From: Bdellovibrionales bacterium
Lineage (GTDB): Bacteria; Bdellovibrionota; Bdellovibrionia; Bdellovibrionales; DASUEL01
NCBI GenBank assembly: GCA_050250255.1
Contig: JBFWOZ010000002.1
Span: forward strand, 6,116 to 70,115
Direction: 5' to 3'
Length of the DNA: 64,000 nucleotides
Of this stretch, positions 1 through 9,052 are shown piece after piece (the stretch's first letter is position 1; each line of letters starts with the position of its first letter). A program made the position numbers and the translations under genes. The notes under the pieces are model-generated. The model saw only the letters and a program-made list of their open reading frames with translations. It was not told the DNA's origin and made no database searches.

Positions 1-7
1 AGTATCG

Positions 8-1516
8 TTAATTTAAAGCTTGGCCCGTCATTTCGACGGGCTGAGGCCAACCATAGATTTTCAAAATGGTCGGCGCAAGGTCAGCAAGAATTCCGTTCTT
101 TAATTTTTTTCCTTTAGAATTGTTACCAATCCAGATGAGCGGAACGGGATTTGTTGTGTGTTGGGTCATGGGTTCACCGGTTTGGTGATTCACCATCTCT
201 TCGCAGTTTCCATGATCGGCCGTAATCAACACGTCGTAATTTTTTTCAAGTGCAGTCTTCACAAGTTTCCCAATACATTCATCTAACACATCCACCGCAT
301 GAATGGCGGCATTTACAATCCCCGTATGTCCGACCATATCTCCATTGGCGTAATTCACTACAACAAGCGCGTAATCTGTTTGCTCAATCTGCGCGATGAG
401 TTTTTCGGTAATGGTGTAAGCCCCCATCTCTGGTTTTAAATCGTAAGTAGGAACTTCTTTTGCGGAAGGGACAAGGATTCGCTCTTCACCTGGATTGGGA
501 GCTTCTTCTCCCCCGTTGAAAAAATAAGTCACGTGTGCGTACTTTTCGGTTTCCGCAATTCTTAATTGTTTAAGACCTTTTTCCGCCACCAATTCGCCCA
601 GTAGTCTCGTGTGTTTTTGCGGGTGAAACAGATAAGGAAACGGAAAGCTCTCTTGGTAACGGGTAAAGGTCACCCAGTTTCTGGCGGCGACCTTCACCGG
701 AGCCGAAAACTCTTTAAAATCTAAAAAACCAAACGCTTGGGAGATTTCTCGCGCACGGTCCGCACGGAAGTTAAAGAAAATCACTTGATCATCTTGAGCG
801 ATTCTTTTCCCACCACGCACTTGTCGAGGTTTGATGAACTCATCATTCTCGGATTTTTTATAAGCGTCGAGAACACAATCTTTTGCAGTGACAAAAATTT
901 CTCCTGGCACGGTCAGCGCGCGATAGGCGGTTTCGACCCGATCCCACCTCTTGTCACGATCCATGGCATAGAAACGCCCAATCACCGTTGCGATTTTTAC
1001 GTTAGGAAAACGAGCACATTCTCGCTCTAAGGTTTCCATATAACCCGCGCCACTTTGCGGAGGCGTATCTCGTCCATCGGTGATTGCGTGAATGTACACC
1101 GGCTTCTTTGGGTTCACTCGTGCGACGGCCTCTAACATTTTTGGAATGTGAGCGATATCGGAATGAACCCCACCGTCAGAACAAAGTCCAATCAAGTGGA
1201 GGGCCCCATTGGGATCCGCTGCGACTCTTTTAAAGTCCTGTAAACTTTCAAAACCTTCTGTTTCTGCAAACTGGCTAATACGAGTCATCTCTTGATAAAT
1301 CACTCGACCACTTCCAATACTTAAATGCCCAACTTCAGAGTTTCCCATAATTCCTGGTGGAAGCCCTACGGCTAAACCCGAAGTTTCAATGAGGCTATGT
1401 GGATAAGTTTGTAGAAATCGGGAATAATTCGGAGTTTTTGCTAGGGCAATGGCATTGTGTTCTTTAATGTCCGAATGACCGAAACCATCCAAGATCACAA
1501 GAATCACTTTTTTCAT
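8..1516 (-). CDS. gpmI: 2,3-bisphosphoglycerate-independent phosphoglycerate mutase
   Basis: LVILDGFG, MGNSEVGH (phospho-Ser), TDGRDT, GRFYAMDRD, AETEKYAHVT, NGDMVGHTG, TADHGN motifs; 502 aa. Confidence 0.97.
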   Translation of the reverse strand: MKKVILVILDGFGHSDIKEHNAIALAKTPNYSRFLQTYPHSLIETSGLAVGLPPGIMGNSEVGHLSIGSGRVIYQEMTRISQFAETEGFESLQDFKRVAADPNGALHLIGLCSDGGVHSDIAHIPKMLEAVARVNPKKPVYIHAITDGRDTPPQSGAGYMETLERECARFPNVKIATVIGRFYAMDRDKRWDRVETAYRALTVPGEIFVTAKDCVLDAYKKSENDEFIKPRQVRGGKRIAQDDQVIFFNFRADRAREISQAFGFLDFKEFSAPVKVAARNWVTFTRYQESFPFPYLFHPQKHTRLLGELVAEKGLKQLRIAETEKYAHVTYFFNGGEEAPNPGEERILVPSAKEVPTYDLKPEMGAYTITEKLIAQIEQTDYALVVVNYANGDMVGHTGIVNAAIHAVDVLDECIGKLVKTALEKNYDVLITADHGNCEEMVNHQTGEPMTQHTTNPVPLIWIGNNSKGKKLKNGILADLAPTILKIYGWPQPVEMTGQALN

Positions 1517-1532
1517 CTGCTATCCCCGTTGT

Positions 1533-2003
1533 TCAATCATTATGGTACGGAATGTTCTTCCAAATTGTCAGTGACCTAAAAATTTGCTCCATTAGGACAG
1601 TTTGTGCAACTAAATGATTAAGCGTGAAGGGTGCGAGCTGCATCGTGTAGTCGGCCCGCTTTTTTATAGCCTCACTGACACCATAGGCCCCACCCACTAA
1701 AAACACGCAGCGTTTCTTTCCGCCCGAAAGCACACCCTGCATTTTGTCAGAAAATGCTCGGGAGGTCACTGTCTTACCCCTCTCGTCGCAAAGAACAACA
1801 AAGTCACCAGGCAGAATTTTTTCGATGAGGAGCTCGGACTCGGCTTTGATTTTTTCTGAGGCTTCTTTGCGGTCTCGGGCTGGGCTTTTGAGCGTGATCC
1901 GCTCAAAAGGAAGTAGAGGATTAATTTTTTTTGTGTATGTTTGAAAAGCCTCTTCCGACCAAGTCTCTCGTGAAGATTCCATGGTCAGAAGAACAAGCTT
2001 CAT
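1533..2003 (-). CDS. rlmH: 23S rRNA m3Psi1915 methyltransferase RlmH
   Basis: 156 aa SPOUT fold: DERGK, FLVGGAYG, EQIFR, IPYHND C-terminus; follows rsfS as usual. Confidence 0.93.
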   Translation of the reverse strand: MKLVLLTMESSRETWSEEAFQTYTKKINPLLPFERITLKSPARDRKEASEKIKAESELLIEKILPGDFVVLCDERGKTVTSRAFSDKMQGVLSGGKKRCVFLVGGAYGVSEAIKKRADYTMQLAPFTLNHLVAQTVLMEQIFRSLTIWKNIPYHND

Positions 2004-3232
2004 GATTGGCTAGTCACCGAAGGACTACGATAGGCCCCACCAGACATAGCTGAATCTTTTAATTCCATTTCGACTTTTCGAGCCCAGAGCTCTTCAAGGC
2101 GATATTCATTACGAACAAAGTCGTAGAACACATGAACGATCAAACCACCGAAGTCCACAAGACCCCAGCGTCCTTCATGTAATCCCTCAGAACTCAACGG
2201 ATTGATTCCAAATTTTTTCTTCACTTCTTCTACCACCGCAGACGCAAGGCCTGCAACGTGACGTGTACTTGTACCAGAAGCAATAATGGCAAATTCACTC
2301 GGCGCAGAAGATTGACTGAGATCATACCCTTTTACGTTAAATCCTTTTTTATCAAAAAGGACATCTGCACAAAATTTTGAAAGCTCACGAAAGTTAAACG
2401 GCTCTGATTCTGAACGAACATAGAGTTTTTTTTCTGTAATATACTTTTCAACAGGAATAGAAATGTATTTGTCGACCTTAAGACCAGAGCGAACACACTT
2501 TCTAATTTCTGTTCCTGAAATATCGCGATCTTCTAATTGTACGAACTGAATCGTCTTGCCGGTCTTTAGAGTGACCTTCAATCGATCCATTTTTTTCACC
2601 CATGGTTGGATGTCTTGCGGAAGATCTTCTGCACGAAACGGCAGAAGGGAGCCCGGGCGAGTCGTAACCACCAAGTTCGCAAGCTCCAAGATTTTTTCAT
2701 AGTCTTTCCACTGTGAAAATCCAGGAAGCAAATCGGCACCTAAAATCACATGCCACTCCGCCATCGGTTGTTCGGCAATGAGCGACTCTAGTGTATCTAC
2801 AGTGTAGCTGACACCTTTGCGCTGAACTTCGCGATCGTCCACAACAAGTTTGTCGGAATAATCTTCAAGGCCGAGCCGGGTCATCTCAAGGCGCTCTGCC
2901 GGAGTTGGCGACGAAATCGAAGATTTGCCAGGCGTCTGGTACGAGGGGATCACAAAAATCTTTTTGAGTTTGCAGGTTTCAGCAATGGTCTCAAGACTGT
3001 TCAGATGACCCATATGAAACGGATTAAAACTTCCCCCGAACATTCCAAGCCGAAGAGATTTTTTCGTTGCTTTAGGGGTCAACGTTTTTTTCGACTCTAC
3101 CTGCTTCACAGCCATTTTTTTAGCGGTTGTCTTAGGGGCTGCCGCTTTCTTTGTTGTCTTCTTCGTTGAAGTTTTCTTTACAGATTTTTTTGCTGTAACT
3201 TTTTTAGTGGTTTTTGTTTTCTTTGCTTTCAA
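2000..3232 (-). CDS. nadD: Nicotinate-nucleotide adenylyltransferase fused to ribosome silencing factor RsfS, with Lys-rich N-terminal tail
   Basis: FGGSFNPFHMGH, SYTVDTL, ILGAD, ISGTEIR (NadD); C-terminal DKKG, IIASGTSTRHV, WGLVDFGGLIVHVF, RNEYRLEELW (RsfS). Start uncertain: TTG 3232 has GGGAG 8 nt upstream; ORF track gives 3247. Confidence 0.92.
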   Translation of the reverse strand: MKAKKTKTTKKVTAKKSVKKTSTKKTTKKAAAPKTTAKKMAVKQVESKKTLTPKATKKSLRLGMFGGSFNPFHMGHLNSLETIAETCKLKKIFVIPSYQTPGKSSISSPTPAERLEMTRLGLEDYSDKLVVDDREVQRKGVSYTVDTLESLIAEQPMAEWHVILGADLLPGFSQWKDYEKILELANLVVTTRPGSLLPFRAEDLPQDIQPWVKKMDRLKVTLKTGKTIQFVQLEDRDISGTEIRKCVRSGLKVDKYISIPVEKYITEKKLYVRSESEPFNFRELSKFCADVLFDKKGFNVKGYDLSQSSAPSEFAIIASGTSTRHVAGLASAVVEEVKKKFGINPLSSEGLHEGRWGLVDFGGLIVHVFYDFVRNEYRLEELWARKVEMELKDSAMSGGAYRSPSVTSQS

Positions 3233-4250
3233 GAGCGAGTCTCCCAATTTGATGAATGAGTTCTTTCATACCGTGACCACAGTAGGCCGATACGGTGAGG
3301 ACTTCACGAACGCCCTCTTTTTTTAAAAATTTTCTTCTTAGGTTTTCAACGCGAATCGAATCTGCCGCATCAATTTTGTTAAAGACAATCACCTGTTGTT
3401 TGTTCATGAGCGGAGTGTAGCGAGGAGTCTCTTTGTGTTGCTCATCATACATTTCTAACTCGTAGTTGATGTCTTCGTAATCTTTGAGTGGGTCGCGCTC
3501 TGATAAATCAGAAACGTCAATCAAGTGCACAAATCCACGAGTTTTCTCAATGTGTTTTAAAAATCGAATTCCTAAACCCGCACCTTGATGAGCGCCAGGA
3601 ATTAATCCAGGGATATCGGCGACGACCACATTCTGGCCCTCACCTACCGCAACCACTCCAAGATTTGGAACGAGGGTCGTGAATTCGTAATCCGCAGCTT
3701 TTGGTCTCGCGGCAGAAATGCGAGAGATGAGTGTCGACTTTCCAACGTTGGGATAACCAATGATTCCCACATCTGCGAGAAGCTTGAGCTCAAGTTTTAA
3801 TTCGCCCGATTCTCCGGGCTCTCCCGGCTGGGCATATTGTGGCGCTTGGTTAACGCTCGTTTTGAAAAAAGCATTTCCTTTTCCGCCGCGACCACCTTTG
3901 AAAAGCAGGAACTCTTCGCTCTCCGTATTGAGCTCGCCTAAAACTTCACCCTGATCGTTAATGACTCGTGTTCCAGGAGGAACATCGATCACAAGATTGA
4001 GTCCGTCTTTTCCCTGCTTGTTACTGGAAGTTCCCGGAGCTCCGTCTTGGGCCATATATTTCTTTTTGAATTTGAGTTCGAGAAGAGAGCTCATCTGTGG
4101 ATTTACTTTGAAAATAAGATCGCCGCCTCGACCGCCATCACCACCGTCAGGTCCGCCACGAGGTTTTCCTTTTTCTCGCAAAAAAGTAACGGCACCCGGT
4201 CCACCATGGCCTGAGCCCGCAAAGATCGTCACTTCATCAATAAATTTCAT
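3204..4250 (-). CDS. obgE: GTPase ObgE/CgtA
   Basis: MKFIDE, Gly-rich Obg fold, GYPNVGKST, YEFTTLVPNLG, DIPGLI, NKID. Confidence 0.98.
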   Translation of the reverse strand: MKFIDEVTIFAGSGHGGPGAVTFLREKGKPRGGPDGGDGGRGGDLIFKVNPQMSSLLELKFKKKYMAQDGAPGTSSNKQGKDGLNLVIDVPPGTRVINDQGEVLGELNTESEEFLLFKGGRGGKGNAFFKTSVNQAPQYAQPGEPGESGELKLELKLLADVGIIGYPNVGKSTLISRISAARPKAADYEFTTLVPNLGVVAVGEGQNVVVADIPGLIPGAHQGAGLGIRFLKHIEKTRGFVHLIDVSDLSERDPLKDYEDINYELEMYDEQHKETPRYTPLMNKQQVIVFNKIDAADSIRVENLRRKFLKKEGVREVLTVSAYCGHGMKELIHQIGRLALESKENKNH

Positions 4251-4320
4251 ATGTTTAAACCTAGCGTTTTTGCAGAAAAATCAGAGACGTAGCAACCTAC
4301 CACTCTGCAGCAAATACGAC

Positions 4321-4347
4321 AAAAGAATGCCGGAGTTTTTCCGGCAT
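4321..4347 (-). terminator. Putative intrinsic terminator downstream of rpmA
   Basis: Minus strand ATGCCGGA-aaaac-TCCGGCAT followed by TCTTTT. Confidence 0.55.
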
Positions 4348-4372
4348 ACGTCTTTCCTTGGAAAAAATTTCA

Positions 4373-4474
4373 ATCGCCAATTTGTAAAACCATCATCTGC
4401 TTGGTTGCAGGAGGACCGTTTCAGGTCCGACCCACTTGCACGCCTTGCATCTGATACTTTTACAAATTGGCTAT
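4373..4474 (-). repeat. Palindromic repeat element, copy 1 (diverged)
   Basis: 23-bp terminal inverted repeat ATCGCCAATTTGTAAAACCATCA / TGATACTTTTACAAATTGGCTAT, central GGACC-gtttca-GGTCC hairpin; minus-strand GATGCAAGGCG...GCAACCAAGCA resembles GAAGACGAGGCG...GCAACGAAGTA of copy 3. Confidence 0.65.
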
Positions 4475-4485
4475 GGGGTTCGCGA

Positions 4486-4734
4486 TTAAGCGACGCTGAC
4501 TTTCAATCTTTGCTTCGTATGACGTTCGAAGGAAACTTTACCTTCGACAACCGCGTAGATTGTAAAATCACGACCCAATCGAACGTTACGACCTGGGTGA
4601 TATTGAGTTCCGCGCTGACGTACGATGATGGTACCTGGCTTCACTAACTCACCTGCATGGGCTTTCACACCCAATCGCTTCGAGTGACTATCTCTTCCGT
4701 TTCTTGTACTACCACCGGCTTTTTTCGATGCCAT
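4486..4734 (-). CDS. rpmA: 50S ribosomal protein L27
   Basis: [24 protein letters not shown]. Confidence 0.99.
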   Translation of the reverse strand: MASKKAGGSTRNGRDSHSKRLGVKAHAGELVKPGTIIVRQRGTQYHPGRNVRLGRDFTIYAVVEGKVSFERHTKQRLKVSVA

Positions 4735-4751
4735 GATTCACCTCTTAAAAT

Positions 4752-5297
4752 TTACTTTGCGCTTTTGCCCGTACGTTTTTTTGCAGCAGTTTTACCTTTA
4801 GCTGCGCCTGCTTTTTTCTTACCAGTTTTCTTTTTTGCTGGAGTCGCGCCTTTTTTAGGTGCCGCTTTTTTTGCTCCATCTTCAGATTTTGGCTTTGCTT
4901 TTAAATTCTCACGGATTTCCACTTTTTTAGCAGCAATTTTCTCTCGGTCGATCACGTGCGGCTTTGAATCTGCCTTTGCTGTTTTTCCATCAGCAGAAAT
5001 GTACGATACGAACAATTCTGTGTAAGGCTGACGGTGACCTTTTAAGCGGCGGTAGCCTTTACGACGTTTCTTTTTAAACACGAGAATTTTTCCGGCTTTG
5101 TTGTGTTGAGTAACAACCACACCAACCGTTGCACCAGAAACAAGAGGGCTGCCAAATTGTGGTTTGTCGCCACCAACATACAACACTTCGTTAAGTTCAA
5201 ACTCTGATCCAAGTTTTGAGTCGAGTTTTTCAACTCGTACTAAGTCACCTGGCTTCACGCTATATTGTTTCCCACCAGTTCGAATAATGGCGTACAT
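4752..5297 (-). CDS. rplU: 50S ribosomal protein L21 with Lys/Ala-rich C-terminal extension
   Basis: MYAIIRTGGKQY...KGHRQPYT; extra ~75 aa basic tail. Confidence 0.98.
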   Translation of the reverse strand: MYAIIRTGGKQYSVKPGDLVRVEKLDSKLGSEFELNEVLYVGGDKPQFGSPLVSGATVGVVVTQHNKAGKILVFKKKRRKGYRRLKGHRQPYTELFVSYISADGKTAKADSKPHVIDREKIAAKKVEIRENLKAKPKSEDGAKKAAPKKGATPAKKKTGKKKAGAAKGKTAAKKRTGKSAK

Positions 5298-5386
5298 CTC
5301 GGGCCTCCGTCTTTAAAAGGTAGATTTATTTGCCACGGGGGGCAAAACCTGTCAACCCCTATAGACTTTTGGGTTTGAGAAATCTT

Positions 5387-5524
5387 CCAAACTCTCCATA
5401 AAAGTCGCAGACGAGGCGACCAAGGGAAGCGCGGGGACCTACTTCCTGTAGGCCAATGGAAGTGCCAGTGGCACTTTCGAAGCGACCCGATCGAGCCACA
5501 AAGTATCCAACGTTTATGGTTTGG
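5387..5524 (+). repeat. Palindromic repeat element, copy 2, with nested mini-palindrome at 5458-5478
   Basis: Core AGACGAGGCGACCAAGGGAAGCGCGGGGACCTACTTCCTGTAGGCC...AAGCGACCCGATCGAGCCACAAAGTATCCAA closely matches 31581-31663; imperfect terminal IR CCAAAC..CCATAAA / TTTATGGTTTGG; abuts the rng stop codon. Confidence 0.85.
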
Positions 5525-7045
5525 TTATGAACTTGTGATCTCGTACTGCTCAACATGGAAATCTGGTTCCACCTTAAAAACGAGTCGGCGGTTAAGGCGG
5601 TGCTCCAAATACTCCAACATTTCGCCCTCCTCCGCGTAAATCCAATCTGCCACGTCGGCATGGCAGTGAATCACGTCTGAACGCTTATCATTGGTAGGCC
5701 CCGCCTGCTCTATTTCGCGGAAAATGTCATGAGCGACGGTCTCTTTGCGTTTTGTAAAACCTTTCCCGTCACAATAGTAGCAAGGTTCGCATAAAGACTT
5801 CATAAGGCTTGGACGAACACGTTTTCGAGTCATTTCGACAAGTCCTAGCGAGGACATTCCAAGAACATTCGTTTTCGCACGATCTTTGGCTAACTCTTCT
5901 TTGAGTTGATTGAGAACTTTTTCGCGGCTGGTTTCCCGCTCCATATCAATAAAGTCGACAATAATGATCCCACCACAATTTCTGATACGAAGTTGGTGAG
6001 CGATTTCGCGAACGGCTTCAAGATTGGTTTTGAGAATTGTATCTTCTAAATCTTTTTTTCCCACGAAGCGACCGGTGTTGATATCAATCACCACAAGAGC
6101 TTCCGCCTCATCCACAACAATGTAGCCGCCGGACTTGAGCCACACACGGCGCTCGAGAGCACGGCTGATCTCAAGATCAATTTCGTAGAGGTCAAAAAGG
6201 GGGCGTTGTTTATTGTAATAACTGATTTTGTCTTTCAGCGAAGGCATGAATTGAGCAACAAAGTTGGTGATTTTTTGGTAGGCCTCGTGATTGTCGACAA
6301 CGACTTGAGCAATATCTTCGGTGAAAAGATCTCGCACCGCTCGAAGCTCAACATCAAGTTCCGCATGCACCAAACCTGGCTTGGTGCTCTTGCCGTAAGC
6401 TTCAAAAATTTGCTCTGAAAGTCTCACGAGATACTCGATATCCTCACGTATGCTTTCCTCTGAAGCTCCTTCGCCCGCAGTTCTAACAATCAATCCACCC
6501 TCTGCAGGTTTGAGTTTTTCCACAAGAAGTCGAAGTCGTTCTTTTTCAACTTCATCTTCGATACGACGAGAAACCCCAATGTGATTGAGAGTTGGCATGT
6601 AAACCACGTTACGACCCGGTAGAGAAATATGTGTTGTGATACGCGCCCCCTTAGTACCAAGGGGATCTTTTGCAACCTGTACTAAAAGTGATTGTCCTTC
6701 TTTGAGAAGATCTTGAATGAGTGGTTTTTCACTGCCGCGCTCTTCTCGAGGAACCTTTCCCGCACCTTGATCTTCATAGGCTTCATCGAGAAGAAGAACT
6801 TCTTCGCCCGGACTGACATCGGTACGCACATCGCCTACGTAAAGAAATGCGGCTCGATCGAGTCCAATATCCACAAATGCGGCCTGCATTCCTGGCAATA
6901 CCCGCACCACCTGTCCGCGATAAATAGAGCCTGCTAAACCTTTTTGATGGTTTCGTTCTGTCATGAACTCGATCAAAGCCCCGTGTTCCACGTGAGCGAC
7001 TCGAGTTTCTACAGGACGGACGTTGATGAGAATCTCTGCTGCCAT
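5525..7045 (-). CDS. rng: Rne/Rng family ribonuclease (RNase G-like)
   Basis: S1 domain GSIYRG..VLPGMQAAFVDIG, KDPLGTKGARIT, IDINTG, GGIIIVDFIDM, CxxC; 506 aa. Confidence 0.95.
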   Translation of the reverse strand: MAAEILINVRPVETRVAHVEHGALIEFMTERNHQKGLAGSIYRGQVVRVLPGMQAAFVDIGLDRAAFLYVGDVRTDVSPGEEVLLLDEAYEDQGAGKVPREERGSEKPLIQDLLKEGQSLLVQVAKDPLGTKGARITTHISLPGRNVVYMPTLNHIGVSRRIEDEVEKERLRLLVEKLKPAEGGLIVRTAGEGASEESIREDIEYLVRLSEQIFEAYGKSTKPGLVHAELDVELRAVRDLFTEDIAQVVVDNHEAYQKITNFVAQFMPSLKDKISYYNKQRPLFDLYEIDLEISRALERRVWLKSGGYIVVDEAEALVVIDINTGRFVGKKDLEDTILKTNLEAVREIAHQLRIRNCGGIIIVDFIDMERETSREKVLNQLKEELAKDRAKTNVLGMSSLGLVEMTRKRVRPSLMKSLCEPCYYCDGKGFTKRKETVAHDIFREIEQAGPTNDKRSDVIHCHADVADWIYAEEGEMLEYLEHRLNRRLVFKVEPDFHVEQYEITSS

Positions 7046-7118
7046 GGAGGGATCCTAGACTAAAAGCCCCAAGAACACAACCGGTGGAACAAAGCCAAGA
7101 GGCATCAAGAATTCGGCA

Positions 7119-7146
7119 TCAAGAATAGGCCTCGTCGAGCCGATAA
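7119..7146 (+). promoter_or_regulatory. Sigma28 (FliA)-type promoter of pilT
   Basis: TCAAG-N15-GCCGATAA; ATG only 6 nt after the -10 box. Confidence 0.75.
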
Positions 7147-7152
7147 AAAGAC

Positions 7153-8331
7153 ATGGCAAAGCTCGATGAATTTTTCAAATTCATGAAGGAAAAAGGCGGT
7201 TCCGACCTCCATCTTTCTTCTTGCGAACCCCCCATGATCCGACTTCATGGAGAAATCGTTCGTTTAGAATACCAAACTTTGTCGCCCGCAGACGTACAAG
7301 CTCTCGTCTTTGAAATTCTCACCGAAAAACAAAAAAAGTTATTTATTGAAAACTGGGAACTCGATTGCAGCTATGCTGTTGAAGGCGTTGGACGTTTTCG
7401 TTGCAACGTGCTGATGCAGCGTCGTGGGCTCTCGGCGGTGTTCCGTATCATTCCTGAAATAGTTCCTTCATGCCAAGATCTCAATTTGCCTTCATCGCTT
7501 CTCGATATGATCAATGTGCACCGTGGGTTGATTCTTGTCACAGGTCCAACCGGTTCAGGGAAGTCGACCACATTGGCCGCTCTTATTGACCACATTAATG
7601 CCAACGAAGCTTGCCATATTTTAACGATCGAAGATCCGATTGAGTTTGTTCATCCGAACAAAAAATCTCTTGTGACTCAGCGGGAAGTTTCGAGCCATAC
7701 AAAATCTTTTGCAAACGCCCTGAAAGCCTCTCTTCGCGAAGACCCAGATATTATTTTAGTGGGTGAGCTTCGTGATTTAGAAACGATTCAGCTCGCCATG
7801 ACCGCCGCCGAAACAGGTCACGTGGTGTTTGGAACGCTTCACACGAACAGCGCTGCTAAAACCGTAGATCGTATCATTGATGTGTTTCCGCAAGAACAAC
7901 AAGAGCAGGTGCGGGTGATGCTTTCTGAAAGCTTACGTGGAGTGATTGCTCAAACGCTTCTTCCTCGCGCCGACAAAAAAGGTCGCGTCGCGGGCCTTGA
8001 AGTTCTAGTAAACACCGGCGCCGTGGCAAATTTGATTCGTGAGGGAAAGACTTTCCAAATCGGATCAGCAATGCAAATCGGTCGCGGAACAGGAATGTTC
8101 ACTTTTGAAACTCATCTGATGGAGCTCGTACAAAAAGGTCTCATCAGTAATGAAACAGCGCTTTCTTTCCTCGGAAAAAGTGTCGCCACAAAGCCGAGTG
8201 GCGGACCTGTTTCTGGTACGGGGATGACTGGCGGTGGGCCCCCAGCTCCTAAACCCATGATGCCACCACCGGCTGCAGTACCAAAGCCTGCTGGCATTCC
8301 ACCAATTCCGGGAATTAAAAAACCCGCCTAA
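7153..8331 (+). CDS. pilT: Type IV pilus retraction ATPase PilT/PilU family, with Pro/Gly-rich tail
   Basis: SDLHL, GPTGSGKSTT, TIEDPIE, LREDPDIILVGE, AETGH, GTLHT, NLIREGK. Confidence 0.93.
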   Translation: MAKLDEFFKFMKEKGGSDLHLSSCEPPMIRLHGEIVRLEYQTLSPADVQALVFEILTEKQKKLFIENWELDCSYAVEGVGRFRCNVLMQRRGLSAVFRIIPEIVPSCQDLNLPSSLLDMINVHRGLILVTGPTGSGKSTTLAALIDHINANEACHILTIEDPIEFVHPNKKSLVTQREVSSHTKSFANALKASLREDPDIILVGELRDLETIQLAMTAAETGHVVFGTLHTNSAAKTVDRIIDVFPQEQQEQVRVMLSESLRGVIAQTLLPRADKKGRVAGLEVLVNTGAVANLIREGKTFQIGSAMQIGRGTGMFTFETHLMELVQKGLISNETALSFLGKSVATKPSGGPVSGTGMTGGGPPAPKPMMPPPAAVPKPAGIPPIPGIKKPA

Positions 8332-8390
8332 TCTGGTTTTTCTGTTATTTTCACTGCAGATTATACTCTTTTAGAGTCCAACCTTGAACG

Positions 8391-8759
8391 TTAGTCGTAC
8401 GGGCTGCAGGCTACGTGTTTTGCGCGAAGAGCTGTGCTGCTTTTTATAACTGTAACCGAGCACCAGTCAGGTACTCCGCTATCCTGATCACGCACATAGC
8501 TTGTTGCTACTCCAAAGTCGAACTCGGTCACGGTCGACTTGTTGCCATTTCTATCTGTGAGCTGTCTTTCTCTCACAGTTTCCAACGTATGATCATACAG
8601 ACCTACAGATTTACGCACATTATTTTTTTTATAATCCGCTCTAATTGCCAAATCTACGGCTCGAGTGAGATCTCTCAACTTCACCTCTAAAGCAAGCGAA
8701 CTTGCAAAGCTCTGAGATGTGGACAAAAACGCGACAAGAATAAGAATTGAATTTTTCAT
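8391..8759 (-). CDS. Hypothetical secreted protein
   Basis: AGGGGAG RBS before ATG 8759; signal-peptide-like MKNSILILVAFLSTSQSFA; Cys pair near the C-terminus. Confidence 0.7.
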   Translation of the reverse strand: MKNSILILVAFLSTSQSFASSLALEVKLRDLTRAVDLAIRADYKKNNVRKSVGLYDHTLETVRERQLTDRNGNKSTVTEFDFGVATSYVRDQDSGVPDWCSVTVIKSSTALRAKHVACSPYD

Positions 8760-9052
8760 AGGACTCCCCTTTAAAATAGAAGCTAATTTGTAGCTAAGAA
8801 TTCCCCCTTGCTCTATAACTTGCACCTACTTATGTAAATTTTTTACACAATAAATCGGTCACCTTTGGATCTTAAGACCTATAATGACAAATTAATCACA
8901 CCTGATTCAGTGAGCCGCTACCGTTGGCCTTTCATTTGCTCTTTGTTTTCAGATAAGCCCTAAGTGTACTTGAGACGTGATGAAATGAACGTGAGTGTAA
9001 ATCTTTCGCCTCCCCCTAAGTCATCGACACCATTACGGCCATTGGAGTTGAT

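Noticed and set aside
3961..4647. 228-aa plus-strand ORF
   Set aside because: Antisense shadow of obgE/rpmA running through the palindromic repeat; no recognisable motifs
5359..5661. 100-aa minus-strand ORF overlapping the rng end
   Set aside because: Alternative frame of rng extended through repeat copy 2; no RBS or domain
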